A stretch of 64,000 nt of DNA from positions 203,360 to 267,359 of the forward strand of contig JAKMXF010000327.1 in NCBI GenBank assembly GCA_024704765.1, written 5' to 3'. The stretch is from Oopsacas minuta (Eukaryota > Animalia > Porifera). Numbering within the stretch: position 1 is the first letter of the stretch; every line of letters starts with the position of its first letter. A program made the position numbers and the translations under genes. The notes beneath the pieces were generated by a model. It worked only from the letters and a program-made list of their open reading frames with translations, made no database searches and was not told the origin of the DNA. Below are positions 25,970-39,807 of the stretch, in pieces.

Positions 25970-28060
25970 GATAAGGACATCGATTTCTTTAAGCATAAAA
26001 AGGGAGGAGTAAATTGAATCAGTCTAGATTACGAAGGGCAATTCAATCATCAGACTCAAGCACTTCTTAGTTCGTCCTACATGGTGGCCTTGCGAATCAT
26101 TCAGAAAAGGAAACCATATACATTTGCAGAAAATCTTATACTCCCTGTTACAAGGACATTGTGCACTGCATTTTGGGAGATAGTACCAGCTAGAAACTGC
26201 CCTCTCTAGCTCTCTCGAACCACACAAAATACGCGCCGAATTACTGATATACCAGATTACGTTGAGAAGCAGGTGGTTGCTGAAATTTTAGGATCCCATT
26301 GAACACGTTTGATTTCAACTTGTTGAGTTAAGGGACTTTTCTAGTTATGCAAATTACTGGTCAGGGATACAAGGAAAAGTTTATATTCCATCATTGCTCA
26401 GGAACAACTACAAATGAAAAGATATCTCTCAGCAGTTCTCTGATTACTTTGATAAAATGTGGCATTCCTTGAAGAATTTTTCTGCCTGCATAACAGAAGG
26501 TGCGCCAGCAATGCTTGAGATTCATTCGGGATTTCGAGATTGAGTAGAGAGAGTGAATCTCGTTTCGAAACATTATCACTGTATGATACTTAGGGCTTTA
26601 ATCATGTTCCAAGCCCTACATCATAATTACACAATTATTTATGCATATTCTAATTCGTGTACATTCTTATTCACCCACTACATTTATCTACGAAATACAA
26701 TTGAAATTACTCAATTCGGACTAGTAATATGTAAATATCACAAAGTCTTGCATAGTTGATTCTATAGCCTTTTTGATAACATGGCTTCTCCAGACTACTT
26801 TTTGAAATTTGAACAAAGGGCAGTAATGGAAGTTCTGAACAAGGCTTGGTGAAACGCCGATCAATATACATGAAAAGATGTTGAAAGTATATTCCGATGA
26901 TGTTCTTTCGCATTCATGTGTGAAAGAATGGGCCAAGAGATTAGGGACGGTTGGGAGAGCCTGGAAGATGCGGCTAAATCGGAACGCCCTATTTCCGTTT
27001 TCATGCCATATACCATCGATATGATCAAGAATATTGTAGATGACAATCCCACTCAACTATCCCTGAGATAGCTCTATATCCCGATATCTCAACGGGAAGT
27101 GTTGATGATTTTGATCAACCATCTTGAATATTGAAATATTCTTCGAGATGGACGCCGCATATTCTCACAGAGAATCAGAAAAGTGGCCGCTTCTCTTGTG
27201 CTAAGGAATTATTGAAATTGTATCAGTATACTGCTATCGCAGGTTAGTTGAGGTCTGTACTGGTGATGACACCTAGATTAAACATGCTGAGTGTCTGAGA
27301 AAAGAACAGAGCAAAACATGGCTCCCTAAAGGGCTACCCCAAGCACTAATCCCAGGCAGAACTTCCGTACAATGAAGGTTCTATACTGTATATTCTCTGA
27401 TGCTCATGGTATAGTAGCTTCCATTTGTGTTCCAAAGAATCGTACTATGACCGACAATTTACGCAGATGAATGTTCGACGGAGGTAGAGAATCACTACTA
27501 TTCGAAGAGACCAAGTCATGGGGCCAAAGGGATCCGAATATTGTACGATAATGCCAGGCCTCACAAATCTAAGATTATCGGTGAAATGCTGAGTGAAATG
27601 GAAATGGTTGAGTTGCCCCAGCTCCTTATAGCCCTCATCTATCGCCATGTGATTTTTGGCTTTTCAGTTTGGTCAAAAAGCACTTGGTAAGTAAGGTTTT
27701 TGACACAAGACTTGCACTCGGATATGAGCTTCATAATACGCTTAAAGACATACCTCCAGAAGAGTTTTAAAAAAAAAATTTCTGAACTGGATAGAAAGGT
27801 TAAAGGTATGTGTCTCGCACAAGGGCTAGTATTTCGAGCATACCATAAAATGATATATTTAATTATGATCCTATCTATGATCTTAGAGTAATGGATCCGG
27901 AACATATTGAATGCCCCATGTATATCGGTATGCTCATGCGTCTAAAATACTTCCTTCCGATCTTAAACTTGTCCTGATGATGTTGTCACCATTTTTAATT
28001 CTATCTAGTCCAATGCTCCTAATACACGAGTTTTTCAATCTATTGTCACAAGCGTTAGAT
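25970..28060 (+). pseudogene. Buster/Charlie-type hAT transposase remnant split by a mariner
   Basis: SYMVALRIIQKRKPYTFAENLILP, ALSNHT..RRITDIPDYVEKQV, CITEGAPAM, and HCMI|YRYAHASKILPSDLKLVL continuing across the mariner TA site. Confidence 0.8.
26589..27920 (+). mobile_element. Degenerate mariner (same family as copies A/B), 1332 bp
   Basis: TA + CTTAGGGCTTTAATCATGTTCC ... GGAACATATTGAATGCCCCATG + TA; CTGDDT, LRKEQSKTW, DNARPH and SPCDFWLF remnants; same length as copy B. Confidence 0.8.
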
Positions 28061-28475
28061 AATGACGATGAAAAATTTGCTGTTGTATACTTAAGTTCGT
28101 TGGTTCTCACGATGGAACAGCTCTCTCTCGAGTATATTCACAGAAAAATCTAATTGCTTGAATTATTTAAATGCGATGGGAAAGAGAAGTCAAATTCCTT
28201 ATAGATTCAATCTCAGACAAAGAATAGGTGAAAATCTCTCCTATATAATGATATCTTCACCCGCATCAACTCATTCAACAACTTCCTCCAAGCAGTATTG
28301 CATCATTTTTTTGAAATCCTCTCAGTATCTTGGAGAAGAGGGTACTACAGTTCAGAGTTTAGTCGCTTTAGAAAAGGCTATTCTTTCCGCATTTCATAAT
28401 GAATTTCAAAATTAATTCTAAATCCATTTCAATTTAACACTATTACTAATTCAAGACAAATTTCGAGCAAAATTT

Positions 28476-28522
28476 GGGACCTGTTCGATCACACACTTCG
28501 AACACTCCTAAATCTGCTACTG
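28476..28522 (-). mobile_element. Terminal fragment of the 1863-2150 MITE family
   Basis: Reverse complement CAGTAGCAGATTTAGGAGTGTTCGAAGTGTGTGATCGAACAGG aligns with 1863-1905. Confidence 0.6.
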
Positions 28523-29519
28523 CCAACAAGTATTGTCAAATTCCCGACAATAAAATTCTATTGTTTGTAATCTGCTTAGCTTAGTATCTGCAAATTACAG
28601 ACGGATGCAAAATTTGTTGAAAGACAATGTGATCAAATGCCAATCGATGTTTCGAAGACTCGTCAAAATGTATTGACCTAGGAATCAGATTTGAGGGTTT
28701 ACCAATTGATACAATCATGTACGGATCCATGACTGAATAACCTGTGGGTGGTATTTCGAAATTCGATGTTTACCCATGTGCAATACAAAGTTACACCAAA
28801 CATAATATAGGGATAATTATATATATTATAGTATGAACAATTGGAAACTCATATTTACTTATGAACTTTAGTTGCAGAAATGTTGGTGGTGGTTAAGTAA
28901 GCGCCGAAATTTTGATTATTATTTAACGATACGATATTGTAAGGCCTACTTAATTACTAACATTAGGAATTTACGTGTTTACAAATATCGTAATTTACAT
29001 TATAGAGTCTTAAAATGAATAAGCGCCCAGTTACTATTATTATAGTGAATATGGTACAGTTCAGCCTCTAATAGGGGTCTCAATATATGGGGCTCTATAT
29101 GGTGAGAGTGGTGAATAGGTGATACTTAATAGTTAACAATACCTTCCAACCAGAGGTGTAGCTCGCATTTCCAGTTTAGTGTTGCCACTGAGGTTGCTGA
29201 CAGTACCGCCGCAGTCACCAGCAAACCCTAGCAACCCCTCAGTCACGATTATGGTTCCAACATAAACATTTACCTCTATAAGGGGGAATTCTAAGTAACA
29301 TATTCTATATTATTGGACTAAATTGTTTACAAACACGTATTTATAGCTATAATCAATTGAAATATTTGATTTCTCTGGAAATAATTCCCTACAAAGTTGT
29401 ACAAAAGCTTTTGTTTCAAAGATATGCATCAGTTAAATATTTTCAATATTTTAGTTCTCTTTCTCCAAGAAAATTAGATTAAATAAGGATGTGTAAATTG
29501 CAAATTATGTATATTTCAA

Positions 29520-30400
29520 TTAAATACACACCTTGTACTTATTGATAAAGTAAAGTACAATGCATACAGGAAGACCAAAATTATATTTTTGAACGACATT
29601 TACGTTCAAACATGTTGTTACCATCTCGAACCAGTGGTCAACGTAATCACCCATCATTGGAGATTCCCATCGTCCTACATATCGTGTTTTCATCTGTTTA
29701 ATTAGGATATTAATTCTCTCAATAAGAGATTCGTTGAGAATATTGTGCATCCAGGGAATCAACTCGTATAGACTAGACCATATTTCCGTTGACTAGTGGG
29801 CGCCTGTAACTCGACTATCCCACAGGCACAAAAAACAAGAATATTGGTAAGCCTTCCTGTTGCCCCATTAGAAAACCAATAATCTTGAAAACACCAAGCA
29901 TATCCCCCTTATGATCCATATACTTGATTTTTTCAAGCAAGGCCTTCACATTTTGATACTTTTCCACAAATGGGTTGGGTGTGCCACAGGAATTGAGGGT
30001 AACATATTTCCAATATGCAGCAAATCAGCCTCCAGCCTTATTACGGGGCTGCCAAAGAAGAGCCGTCATTCTGAAGGTTCGTAATGGATATCAATTTCTT
30101 GGAAAAGTCCTTTGACATCATTCCAGTAACAAAAATAAAAAGATAGTTGTTCTCGACTACTTGTATATTAAGTGACTGAACAGTGCGGATCAAGTGGATC
30201 GCAGCCAGACAGACGAAAACTCAGTAGTATTTTGGCAACTCAAGATCTCTGACCAAATCATCTAAATCATACGGAGTAATACCATGCACTCTCTATTCGA
30301 AACCAGGAAAATATTTCTTATTTACTAGTCATCACTTGCCTCAGATTCATCTCTGGGGTAACTATGATCAGAATGTTCACTGTCAGAGGAAATGGTACGC
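29520..30400 (-). pseudogene. Internally deleted Chapaev3-like transposase remnant
   Basis: DLDDLVRDLELPK, ALLEKIKYMDH, SCFLCLWDSRV and KQMKTRYVGRWESPMMGDY remnants. Confidence 0.7.
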
Positions 30401-30929
30401 TAATAATCAAATGTTTAAAAGATACAATTGACCATGGAATACTTGGATAGTCACGAACTTACGATCCAATTATACTCTGGCTAATTGAAAGAAGAAACAA
30501 TATTCTATGTGATTTCAGATTCTCGCAATATTGTAGACATTGCAATGGGCAAGTTATTCGTTCACCGCTCAGTCATGACTCTTAATTTGATAGACTCGAT
30601 GGGCGGAAATAATGTGGCGTCAAAGACTTGTCTTGATTTTAGCACAGGTTATGTAAGAACATTATGGGAATGGACCACAGAGTGGCAACCTTTGACTGTT
30701 TATTGGTGACGGTTTCGGGTTCTAGAGGCAGTACATTATACAATTTATGGGTTCTTGGCTCATTAGCTAAAAAATTAGAAATGCAAAGAGGCCGATTTCA
30801 GTGCTTGCTATAACAGGAGGTAAGTAAATATGCGTACATTGCACTCAAAACATAATATTCCAGAAATTTGAAATGCTTGTGACCAAGGGTCAAGTATGAA
30901 TGAATTCAAGTGTACATTAAATACATTCA

Positions 30930-31260
30930 TGGCTCATCAGAGATACAATGTAATGTCAACTTATACCAGGAGTCGATAGAATCTAAATCCTGTCACCTAT
31001 AGCTTCCAACCACCATTTTTCTATAACAGAATAAATACACAAGAACATCTATCAAAATTAATAGATTTAAGATGGAAAGTTATCCATTGTGAGTAAAGGA
31101 TTTCTTAGACAATTTATTAATTACTATGATAAGATTGATATCATCAGCGTATGCAAGGAGTAAGCGATAATTGTGAACTTTCAAGGTTCAAGCTGTTGTG
31201 AACTCCACATAATTGGGAAACCTTGATCCAGGGATTTTGTCCAGATTAAGCAGATCATTT
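30930..31260 (-). pseudogene. Non-LTR (LINE) reverse-transcriptase remnant
   Basis: LLLAYADDINLI (YADD at 31140-31151); the surrounding sequence is heavily decayed. Confidence 0.4.
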
Positions 31261-33057
31261 GTATTAATAAATAGCAGGTTTCTTAATTTCTTCAGTTGCA
31301 GACCCCAAACGAAATCAAACCAATGTATGCGTAGGGTGTAGTCATTTCCATCCAAAGTATAAACTTCGATATATAAGGATCATGGTACATACCGTGAAAC
31401 AATGATCACTAGAATAGAGAATTTTGTCCCAATTAAGAGAAGTGTCCCTATTATAGGAAATTTGCACATCTACCTAGCTTATTAGGATTTGTGCGGATCA
31501 AGAGGAATTTCGCCTCGATTTAGTTACTAATTGTTCACGCGATCAGCAGAGTTTGTTCCAAATATGCTGATAGGAAACACTCAATTGATGTGTCTCTTGC
31601 CCATTATGGCACAGAGATGCCAGCTCAAACATAAAGTGAAGAAGATTATACAAGAGAAGCGATCATTTCAAACGATGTTCATTCACAGTGGACAACATAC
31701 AATATCTTTCTTACTACTAGACTAAATGACGGAACAACTAATCAACTAAAAGAACTGGTGGCCAAAGATACACTGAGAGCATTGTAGTCCAAATATAAGC
31801 AAGTTGGGAAAAATATGCCTTTTTCTTCCAATTGAGCAACACCGTCTGTAGAGAAGATTTTCTCACATATGCAACTAATAATACAAGATTAAGGAGCCAG
31901 TTGTAAGTAGACAGGTTATTGGATCTTATGGAGATAGCAATAGAGTAACCAAATGATCTTATAGCACAGATCTAGAAAATATACTAGACATTAGTTACAC
32001 CAATACTTGTTACTATTTAGATGGATTTATAGATTAGTGTATTTCAGCGCGATACAGCAAGCCTACATGCTGTATCACTGTTAGATACTGAATAATGTTA
32101 AACTTCGTTGTATAAATAGTTGTATAAGGGGTACACTTGCCCCATACTATCGTCTGTATAAACCATGATATATACAAGTACACGTACTAGATTATATATT
32201 CAGTGGAACCTCCAAGCTCCACACTACCAAAATCCGTACACAATATTTACAACCAATTCAATAGGCATGCATGATGGAGAGCTAGTCTACACATTCCCAA
32301 ACGAAAAACACAAAGTATCCCAAGTGAAATTTCGAGGTAAAAGTAAAAGGTTACTAGGAGATACTATAAAAATCTTAGAGATTCATTTTCCACTTAAATG
32401 ATTTGAATATTGAGGTATCTACAGTTTCGATGGAGGGGCAAAAGGAAATTTTCCCCATACTTAAGCTGATTCTAGTTGTATTTTCTCGTCAAACTAGTTT
32501 CAAGGACAGCAAAGTGTAAATAGCATCTCTATTCACTAGAAGAAATCTCGAAATTCGGGTATTAGGTAGACTATAGAAATTCATAGTCGTGGTTGAGGTA
32601 TTTCTGAGATCACGCAATATATAAGATCCGAAAAACTCCAATTCCATGCATGGTGCTATTTATAATGGGTAATATGTGTGTAGAGAATTAGATATCTGAC
32701 AGCTAAGAGACAAATTTTACAAACACCATAGGCCTTGTACAATCAGAAACAAATCCCAGGTCCAGATCTCCAAAATTATAAAAAGCTCATTAAAATTGGG
32801 AAGATAATATATTTTCTATGAGAGAATATCTGAAAGTGTAATGCGGGGCGCCTAAATTCGCATTAGAATCTCGAAATATATACATTAAGGTAAAATGAGC
32901 GTATTAACATATTAATAATCCCAAACCACGTGATTTACGTAAATAAAGGGGTTGCTACATTTGAATAACAACATATGTTGCTCGAATAAAGCCCCTATGC
33001 ATTACTTGTAACTACGATATCCAGTAAAAAGATAAAGTGTGCTAGATTATTGTTCAC

Positions 33058-33344
33058 CTTATCATCCGCAAGCGAAAAGAGTCCTTCTAAAAATTCTTTC
33101 ATATGTTGGAGCAGAGCTGAAGATCGGCAGAGAATAAATTGATTGATACACGTGATTGCATGTGATCTGACTTTAGTTGATGGATATTTGAAAAACTCAA
33201 TAAATTTAGGGATTAAGATCAACAGAGGTCGTTGAATAGATTCAGATTCTAGTTGTTCGGGAATATCTTCACAAACCTTTTGAAGTGTGGATAAGGTTCC
33301 ATCAATTAACTCTTCATTTCCAGAGTCAAGAGCTGAGATTAATG
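33058..33344 (-). CDS. TNPO1: Transportin-1/2 exon 3
   Basis: Acceptor TTTTTAG|CA, donor AAG|GTGAAC; (T)LISALDSGNEELIDGTLSTLQKVCED..RPLLILIPKFIEFFKYPSTKVRSHAITCINQFI..LFSLADDK aligns with human residues after WPDLLP. Confidence 0.93.
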
Positions 33345-36300
33345 CTAAAAATATATAATGTTAAATTTTTGATTTCATGTAGATCAAAAAATTAAAGTGA
33401 TCATGGAATAAAGTAATGTATACAATTATAAACCTGTAGAATTAATTGTGCGCATATTGAATAAATATCTAGTATGTTTGGAAGTATCCCAGTACATTAG
33501 TTGAGTTCAGTAACTACAGAACCATCACCGAAAGGCCGGAATAAGAGAATACAGATTAGGGGCCAGCAGGTATCTCGAATTTTGGAAAAAACAAGTCGCT
33601 TATGAAAACTATGCTTTAAATACCAGTAATTGAATTAGTTCATAATATAAATTGATTGAAATCACTAAGAAAGTTCTACATCGTTTGGGCAATAAACTAC
33701 ATCCCATTCTATAGAATATCTATATTCGCATACAAAAGAGTTTTCTTCAGGATAAACCACAAGATGTAGTATGGACTATTCAAATGGACAATTTTCTAGA
33801 CATTTTAGGATAAATATTCGGGCGAGGTATATTATCAAAATTCACATCACAGGAAACGAATCAATTCATAGCTAAGAAATATTAACAAAACAGACTATAA
33901 TATGGTGTATATGTTACGATCAATACCTGAAATCAGCAAGTACTCCGTATTAACCAAACTGCTGGTCAGTACCAGAAATAACTAGTCAGTACGCATATTG
34001 ACCAACCTGTATATTGCTTTTACTATGCCGACTGTACTTCAGTAGAGTGAACGAGTATTGAAAAGGGTACTTTAATATCGTAAAATGCCCAAAAGATTTC
34101 ATAGCCTTGAACTAGGTAATATAAGACATAAATTTCATTGATGATAGTGTAGATAGTCTAACATAACGTAAAACAGTATTATAGCTTCAGATGATATATA
34201 GTACGTAGATATAGGCGAAGCATAGGTGCCAATTTTGCCATTTTACAATTTCTAGAGAATATGGGTAGGCATGCCCTCCCATATTCTCTAGATAATTCTA
34301 TAAACTACGTTTTTAATTGGCTAAAAAATTATCATTGAAATAGCTTATTGGCTACAAAATTATATTCAAAAATACCAAAACTATTGTATAAAATATACTA
34401 CTATTGATGAAGTCCACAATGATTAAATAACTACAGGTAAATAGTAATAGCACTTAAATTAAGAATTAATTTCCTTTATATGTTTATTTCCTTGATATAC
34501 AGTCAAAGGGGCGGTCCCAGGATCTGGCATACCCGGGGAAACTCCTTTTCTATTATAGGCAGAAGTGATCCGAAGATCTGGCAGCGAGCAGGGCTGGAAT
34601 TTTCAAACCTGGGTAAATGCTTCGATTGCCCCCTTAGGACCGCTACTGAGTCAAACCCCTATTTGAGATGTGTGTGCAACCAATCTAACCAGTGGTTATG
34701 CCCGCCCAATAATGGTCGACAAAATGAACAAAATCGCCCCTATGGGGGTAGATATATATGTAGAGAATTGAATAGGATTATCTTGCATAATCAATACGCT
34801 GAAATACAATATATACTATATACTAACAGGGCGATAATTCCGTTTGTTGAAAGTTTTGTTAGATGTTCATGCAGATTTTGATTTTACCTAGAAAAATTTA
34901 CTGAGACGTGCCTAAATTATCTGGAAATGGTAATCAATAAGCGGTCTTCAGGTAGCACAATTTTTTTCATACTGAGTAAAATAAAATGCAATGGATTGAG
35001 ATTATCCTAATTTCAGTTTTGATAGGCCATTGCCACAAAATTGAACGGTTCAGCAAATATATTATATTGGGAAAAAGATTCTAAAGATTGGTAAGAATTG
35101 AAACAAAATGAGGGTAAAAACTAGTACTTTTTGCAAGAATTTAGATGCCCAGACATATGTTAACGTTGAGGGAGGATCCTGAACACGTGTTCATACGTAA
35201 TACCTATGTACTATCCTTCATTGACCCTGTATCGGGTCCTTCTGGGCGGTATTTTCCAGTACTTTCTCGCAATCATATATAAAATATAATTGATATTGAG
35301 CAATTATTGGCTGTTTGTAAGTCTCGAATGTTATAGATATTTCCAGACATGAGTACCAGATGTGCCTCAAAAATATATATTGTTCAAAAGCATAAATGTA
35401 ATCGAAAATATAACCTAATGTTTGAATGACTTCAGTATTTTGGGTATAATGGCTACTATATTAGTTGTAAACAATAAATATTCAGAAGACAGGTGCATAA
35501 TACAGTGTCATGCTATTCTACCACAATATAATTCATTTCAGGACGATAACCTGAAAATTTGTAAAGATATATCCAGGTGTTGATGACGCAGCATAATGAA
35601 ATCATGCAAGATTTTTGAAAATTCTGTGAAATGTTGAAAAAATAACATATTTTCGTTACTATTGAAAATTCAGTTAAAGGCCTATGGTAGACGATTTGGG
35701 TTAGGACGAACACAATAATTACTGTGCCGACTACATTATAGTATAGTCACACAGTATTAAAATAGGTGTTAATAATCAATGTATGATTTATATATCCGTA
35801 GCTGGAGTACAGCAAAAACTATACTAAAGCAAGCCGAAACTTTCGGGTATATAGACAATTAGCGTCGGTCATGCATTGAAATACAGTGCCATTTTGGTGA
35901 CACTTAAAATATAATGTAATGGAATTAGGCATTTGGTAAATATAATAAGAAGAGAAAATCGTTTGAAGATGTTTATACAATAATTGTATCAATACAATTC
36001 ACAAAGCATAGTACACAAACGCTAGACTATGGAACATTAATTATCAACACGATAGACATCTTTGTGAAGGCATTAACAAACTAAAAATTGAAACGTGAAT
36101 AACTCAACAACGGTAGAAGTTAGACTGATAAAGTATTACTTCCAATTTATGAAGTGTAGTATATGTTAGGATGATCCCCTGGGCAACCATAACGATGACG
36201 TCATCATAGAGGAGATGATCAAACGAATTTTCAAAAAGTAAGGTTTCGAAAAATTATGTGAAACATGAGTGTTGGCACAAATTGCCAAAAATATATTTTT

Positions 36301-37389
36301 GTTAAGTCAACATGACACACGAGATACTAGGATGCTAATAATACTTGCAAATGATGAAGTGTAGTAGACGTGAAATTAGATACATTTGCCAGAATACTAG
36401 TGACGCCATAATAGCTAATGGCGGATTCAGGAGTGGTCCCGAGTCTCAAGGCAAAACCCATATATGTCACACAGTATAACAATATGCGGAAATAGGCATA
36501 TCTTCAAAAACTATTTTGAGTGTATTTTCTTGATTCTCCATTGTTGAAATAGTGGGAAAAATTATTGCGAAGATCCTGGAATATAAATAACCGAAATTAC
36601 AGCAGCATAAACTTATATATTATGGGATACCTATAATATATACTTTCAAACCTAAAATTCCTCTGTCCATGTTCTTATTCTAAGTCTATATTATACCAAA
36701 GATGTAAATATTTAATAAACTTTTGGAATCGTAATTGTTCTAGTTTTCGCTGTCTAGATTTGTCCTTCGAAAATAGAATATTATGGAATGTTATATAGTT
36801 TGGAATGTATCATGTCTTGGTTGAGAAGATTCGACAAAAAGTTATTAGCATATTCTTTTTGTTGATATTTTACTCAAACTAAATTACAAGTTTCCAGACC
36901 CCCAACGGTGCGCACAGATACTTTGTCTTGACATAATATGGAAGGGCTACAAAGATTAAAATGAAATATGTTTTTTGGAAAATTGATAATTGAACTAAGA
37001 GAATTGCCAAAAAAGAGGGTCATGTAATTTTCTCGTCCTTGTATTTACTATCAGTTCTCTAAGATATAGTTGTGTGTTATTATTATAAAAAGTTATAATA
37101 CATACATACAGTCAAGGGTAGTGGAAGCATGTGGGTTAGGGGTATAGCGATTTTTAGCAATTCATATTTAATTCATATTATGAAAATTCACAGAGAATTG
37201 CCAAAAATGAGGTGTGATATAACTCAAATTAAATAGGCTTCATCACAAAAATTATTGATGCTATTTTGACAGATACAAGTGCAATCAATTCTGCTAAATT
37301 GGATAACCTTGGTCCGAGAGTAGTTAACCCAATATTTAATTAATGGTCTTACTTGTTTACTAGTTCCCGAAGTTTATGATGTACTAGTG

Positions 37390-37516
37390 CAGTGATTCTC
37401 AACCTGGGGTCCGTGGCCCTAAACATGTTTTCGTTATGTTTATTGGCAGGGGGTCCGCGGGTCCCATAAAATGGACCAAAGAGGTCAACGAGGGAAAAAA
37501 AGGTTGAGAACCAATA
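37390..37516. mobile_element. Charlie-like hAT MITE (127 bp)
   Basis: TIRs CAGTGATTCTCAACCT / AGGTTGAGAACCAATA; 8-bp flanks TACTAGTG and TACTAGTA. Confidence 0.8.
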
Positions 37517-37782
37517 TACTAGTAGAATAAAAAATAATAGTGTAATTTTGCTTACTAAATTAGAATTATCACTGTATATGTGTCAAGTCTATACATCAGT
37601 TTCAGTATCATTGAGGGTGCTCCTTGAATCTTTCATATTTAGTATGCTATAATACCTAATTTATTCTAATACACTTAGTGCTTACAATTATACATGCACA
37701 TTAAAAATCCAATTAATAGGCTAAGCTGTCAGCAAAGATGTATTAAACTTAAAAGCATTTTTTGTAAATGACTCAGGTACTA

Positions 37783-39114
37783 CTAGGCGCATTCAAAAAG
37801 TTCCCATCCTTAGTTTATAGCAACCAAACTCTACTCGATTACATGAAATGCACAGTACATCATAATAGTCTTATCGATCACCATTTTGAATACTGTTGAG
37901 CAAACTCTAACTCTCAATATCTTGATCTAACCTACTTACCATTGACATATTTTAGAGAGTCAACATTTTCATGGCTTCAAACACATATCAAGCAAAACCG
38001 AACAACGAGCTTACATAAAGATTCATACCGTACTCGGATACAAACCACTTCAGATACATGAGGATCTAGTCACCGTTTATCATGAGGAAGCACTAGCGTA
38101 TCCCACTATAAAGGAATGGGCATGTAAATTAAAGGCTGGTAGAGGCAGCATTGAAAATGACCCTCAGACCGGAAGACCAATTCCGCTACCACCTCTGAAA
38201 TTGCCTATCAAATTCTGGAACTATTGGTATTGACCCACATTTGAGCGTTGAAGAGATTGCCCTAATCCTGGACATCTCATCGGGAAGTGTTCATACATTT
38301 CTACACGATTATCTCGAATATTGAAAGATATCAGTCCGATGGATACCAAAAATCCTCACTAAGAGGCAAAAGGAGAAGAGGGCATCATGCGCGAAAAAAT
38401 TGCTTAAAGAATATAGAGATTGTGATTCTGGAACGTTATATGAAATCGCTATTGGTGACGATACTTTGATTAAATTTTCTGAACCTCTGCGTAAGGAACA
38501 AAGCAAATCGTGACTCCCAAATGGTTATTAATCTACCGAAAAGGCACGTCTGGATTTCTGAGAGGATAAGGTCCTCTAAAGCATATTTTTTGATGCGTAT
38601 GGGCCAGTGGTTCAAATACTTGTGCCTAAAGGAGAACGACTCATTGGAGAATATTCCGTAGATAAATGCCTGAGAGAAGTCGAGAATGTCTATAAAACAC
38701 GACGTCCGCGTACAAGAACTCGAGGAATCAGACTTCTCCACGATATTGTCAGACCTCACGTTTTAAAATACATTAGAGATGTCATTGAGGACATCGGGTT
38801 TGAAACGATTGAACATCCTATGTATTCCCCAGCTCTATCACCTTGTCATTTCTGGCTATTTCCTGAAATGTAACTACATCTCGGTGGACAGCTATTTCAT
38901 GCCCGACAAGAGATAGGAAACGGGATTCACCACAATTTCAATTCAGTGGACATAGACGTGTATATACAAACATTTTCGAAGTGGCTTGAAAGGCTACAAC
39001 TATGCATAGATGTAGAGGGGGAGTATTTTGAACATTTTATGTAGTAATTTGATTAGTAAGATGTTGTAGTGTCAAGATATTGAACAAAGATGGGAACTTT
39101 TGGAATGCCCTAAG
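37783..39114 (+). mobile_element. Full-length mariner copy B, 1332 bp, pseudogenised transposase
   Basis: TIRs CTAGGCGCATTCAAAAAGTTCCCATC / GATGGGAACTTTTGGAATGCCCTAAG, TA TSD; RWIPK, IGDDT, LHDIVRPH and HPMYSPALSPCHFWLFP motifs; ends 143 bp from the exon-2 donor. Confidence 0.92.
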
Positions 39115-39257
39115 TACAATTAATGAACAGTACGAGTATATTTCAAGGTCAATTGTTGCTAGTACTGCGGCAAATATAACATCATAAAGTGATTTGTATG
39201 AATGCATCAAATGAATATTTAATAGAGCAATAAATATTGCAATTAAGGAATACATAC

Positions 39258-39406
39258 TTGGTAGTAATTCTGGCCATGAACAAATATTTCCTTTAGCAGC
39301 AATTGTTGCAATAAGGATTCCTAGGGTAGCTCGAATAAGAGGAGTGCCAGTTCCAATGGATCGTAAACAATAAAGTTTCACAAAGTCTTTAACATCAAGT
39401 GGTAAA
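39258..39406 (-). CDS. TNPO1: Transportin-1/2 exon 2
   Basis: Acceptor ATTTAG|T, donor CCA A|GTATGT; (S)LPLDVKDFVKLYCLRSIGTGTPLIRATLGILIATIAAKGNICSWPELLP matches human FPNGVTDFIKSECL..SPLIRATVGILITTIASKG..WPDLLP. Confidence 0.94.
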
Positions 39407-39527
39407 CTAAATATACAGAAGAATTGTAGATATGGATTAAAGGACACATAAAAGTAATGCACTACTCATAGCTGTATTAAATTTCACATACATACCTACA
39501 ATAAATTGATGACTGTATTATCTCATT

Positions 39528-39807
39528 TTGAGTTGGCACAATAACTTCATTATCATGAATGAGTTGGTAGAACCGAATCATTTCTTTAAATCCCAAATGA
39601 GTTGATACAGATAAAATATTTCTCGCAAATCAGGCGGCAAAACCAAATCATTTCAAAGAATGAGTTAAAAAAGTTAGTAGTAACAATTTAATATTTAGAA
39701 TGAGTTGGTATGAATAGTAGTAATCAAATTGAATGAGTTGTTAAATGATATTTGAATGAGTTGGTTAGAGAAATAAATAGTATTATTGCCAACATAAAAT
39801 GAGCTGA
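39528..39807. repeat. Cluster of eight (A)ATGAGTTG(G) motifs with irregular unique spacers
   Basis: Copies begin near 39528, 39559, 39597, 39660, 39700, 39733, 39756 and 39799. Confidence 0.6.

Noticed and set aside
39037-39462. 141-aa ORF as a standalone membrane protein
   Set aside because: Only its central part is TNPO1 exon 2; the flanks are intron read-through, partly into mariner copy B.
39528-39807. CRISPR-like repeat-spacer array
   Set aside because: The repeat is only ~10 bp, degenerate and irregularly spaced.
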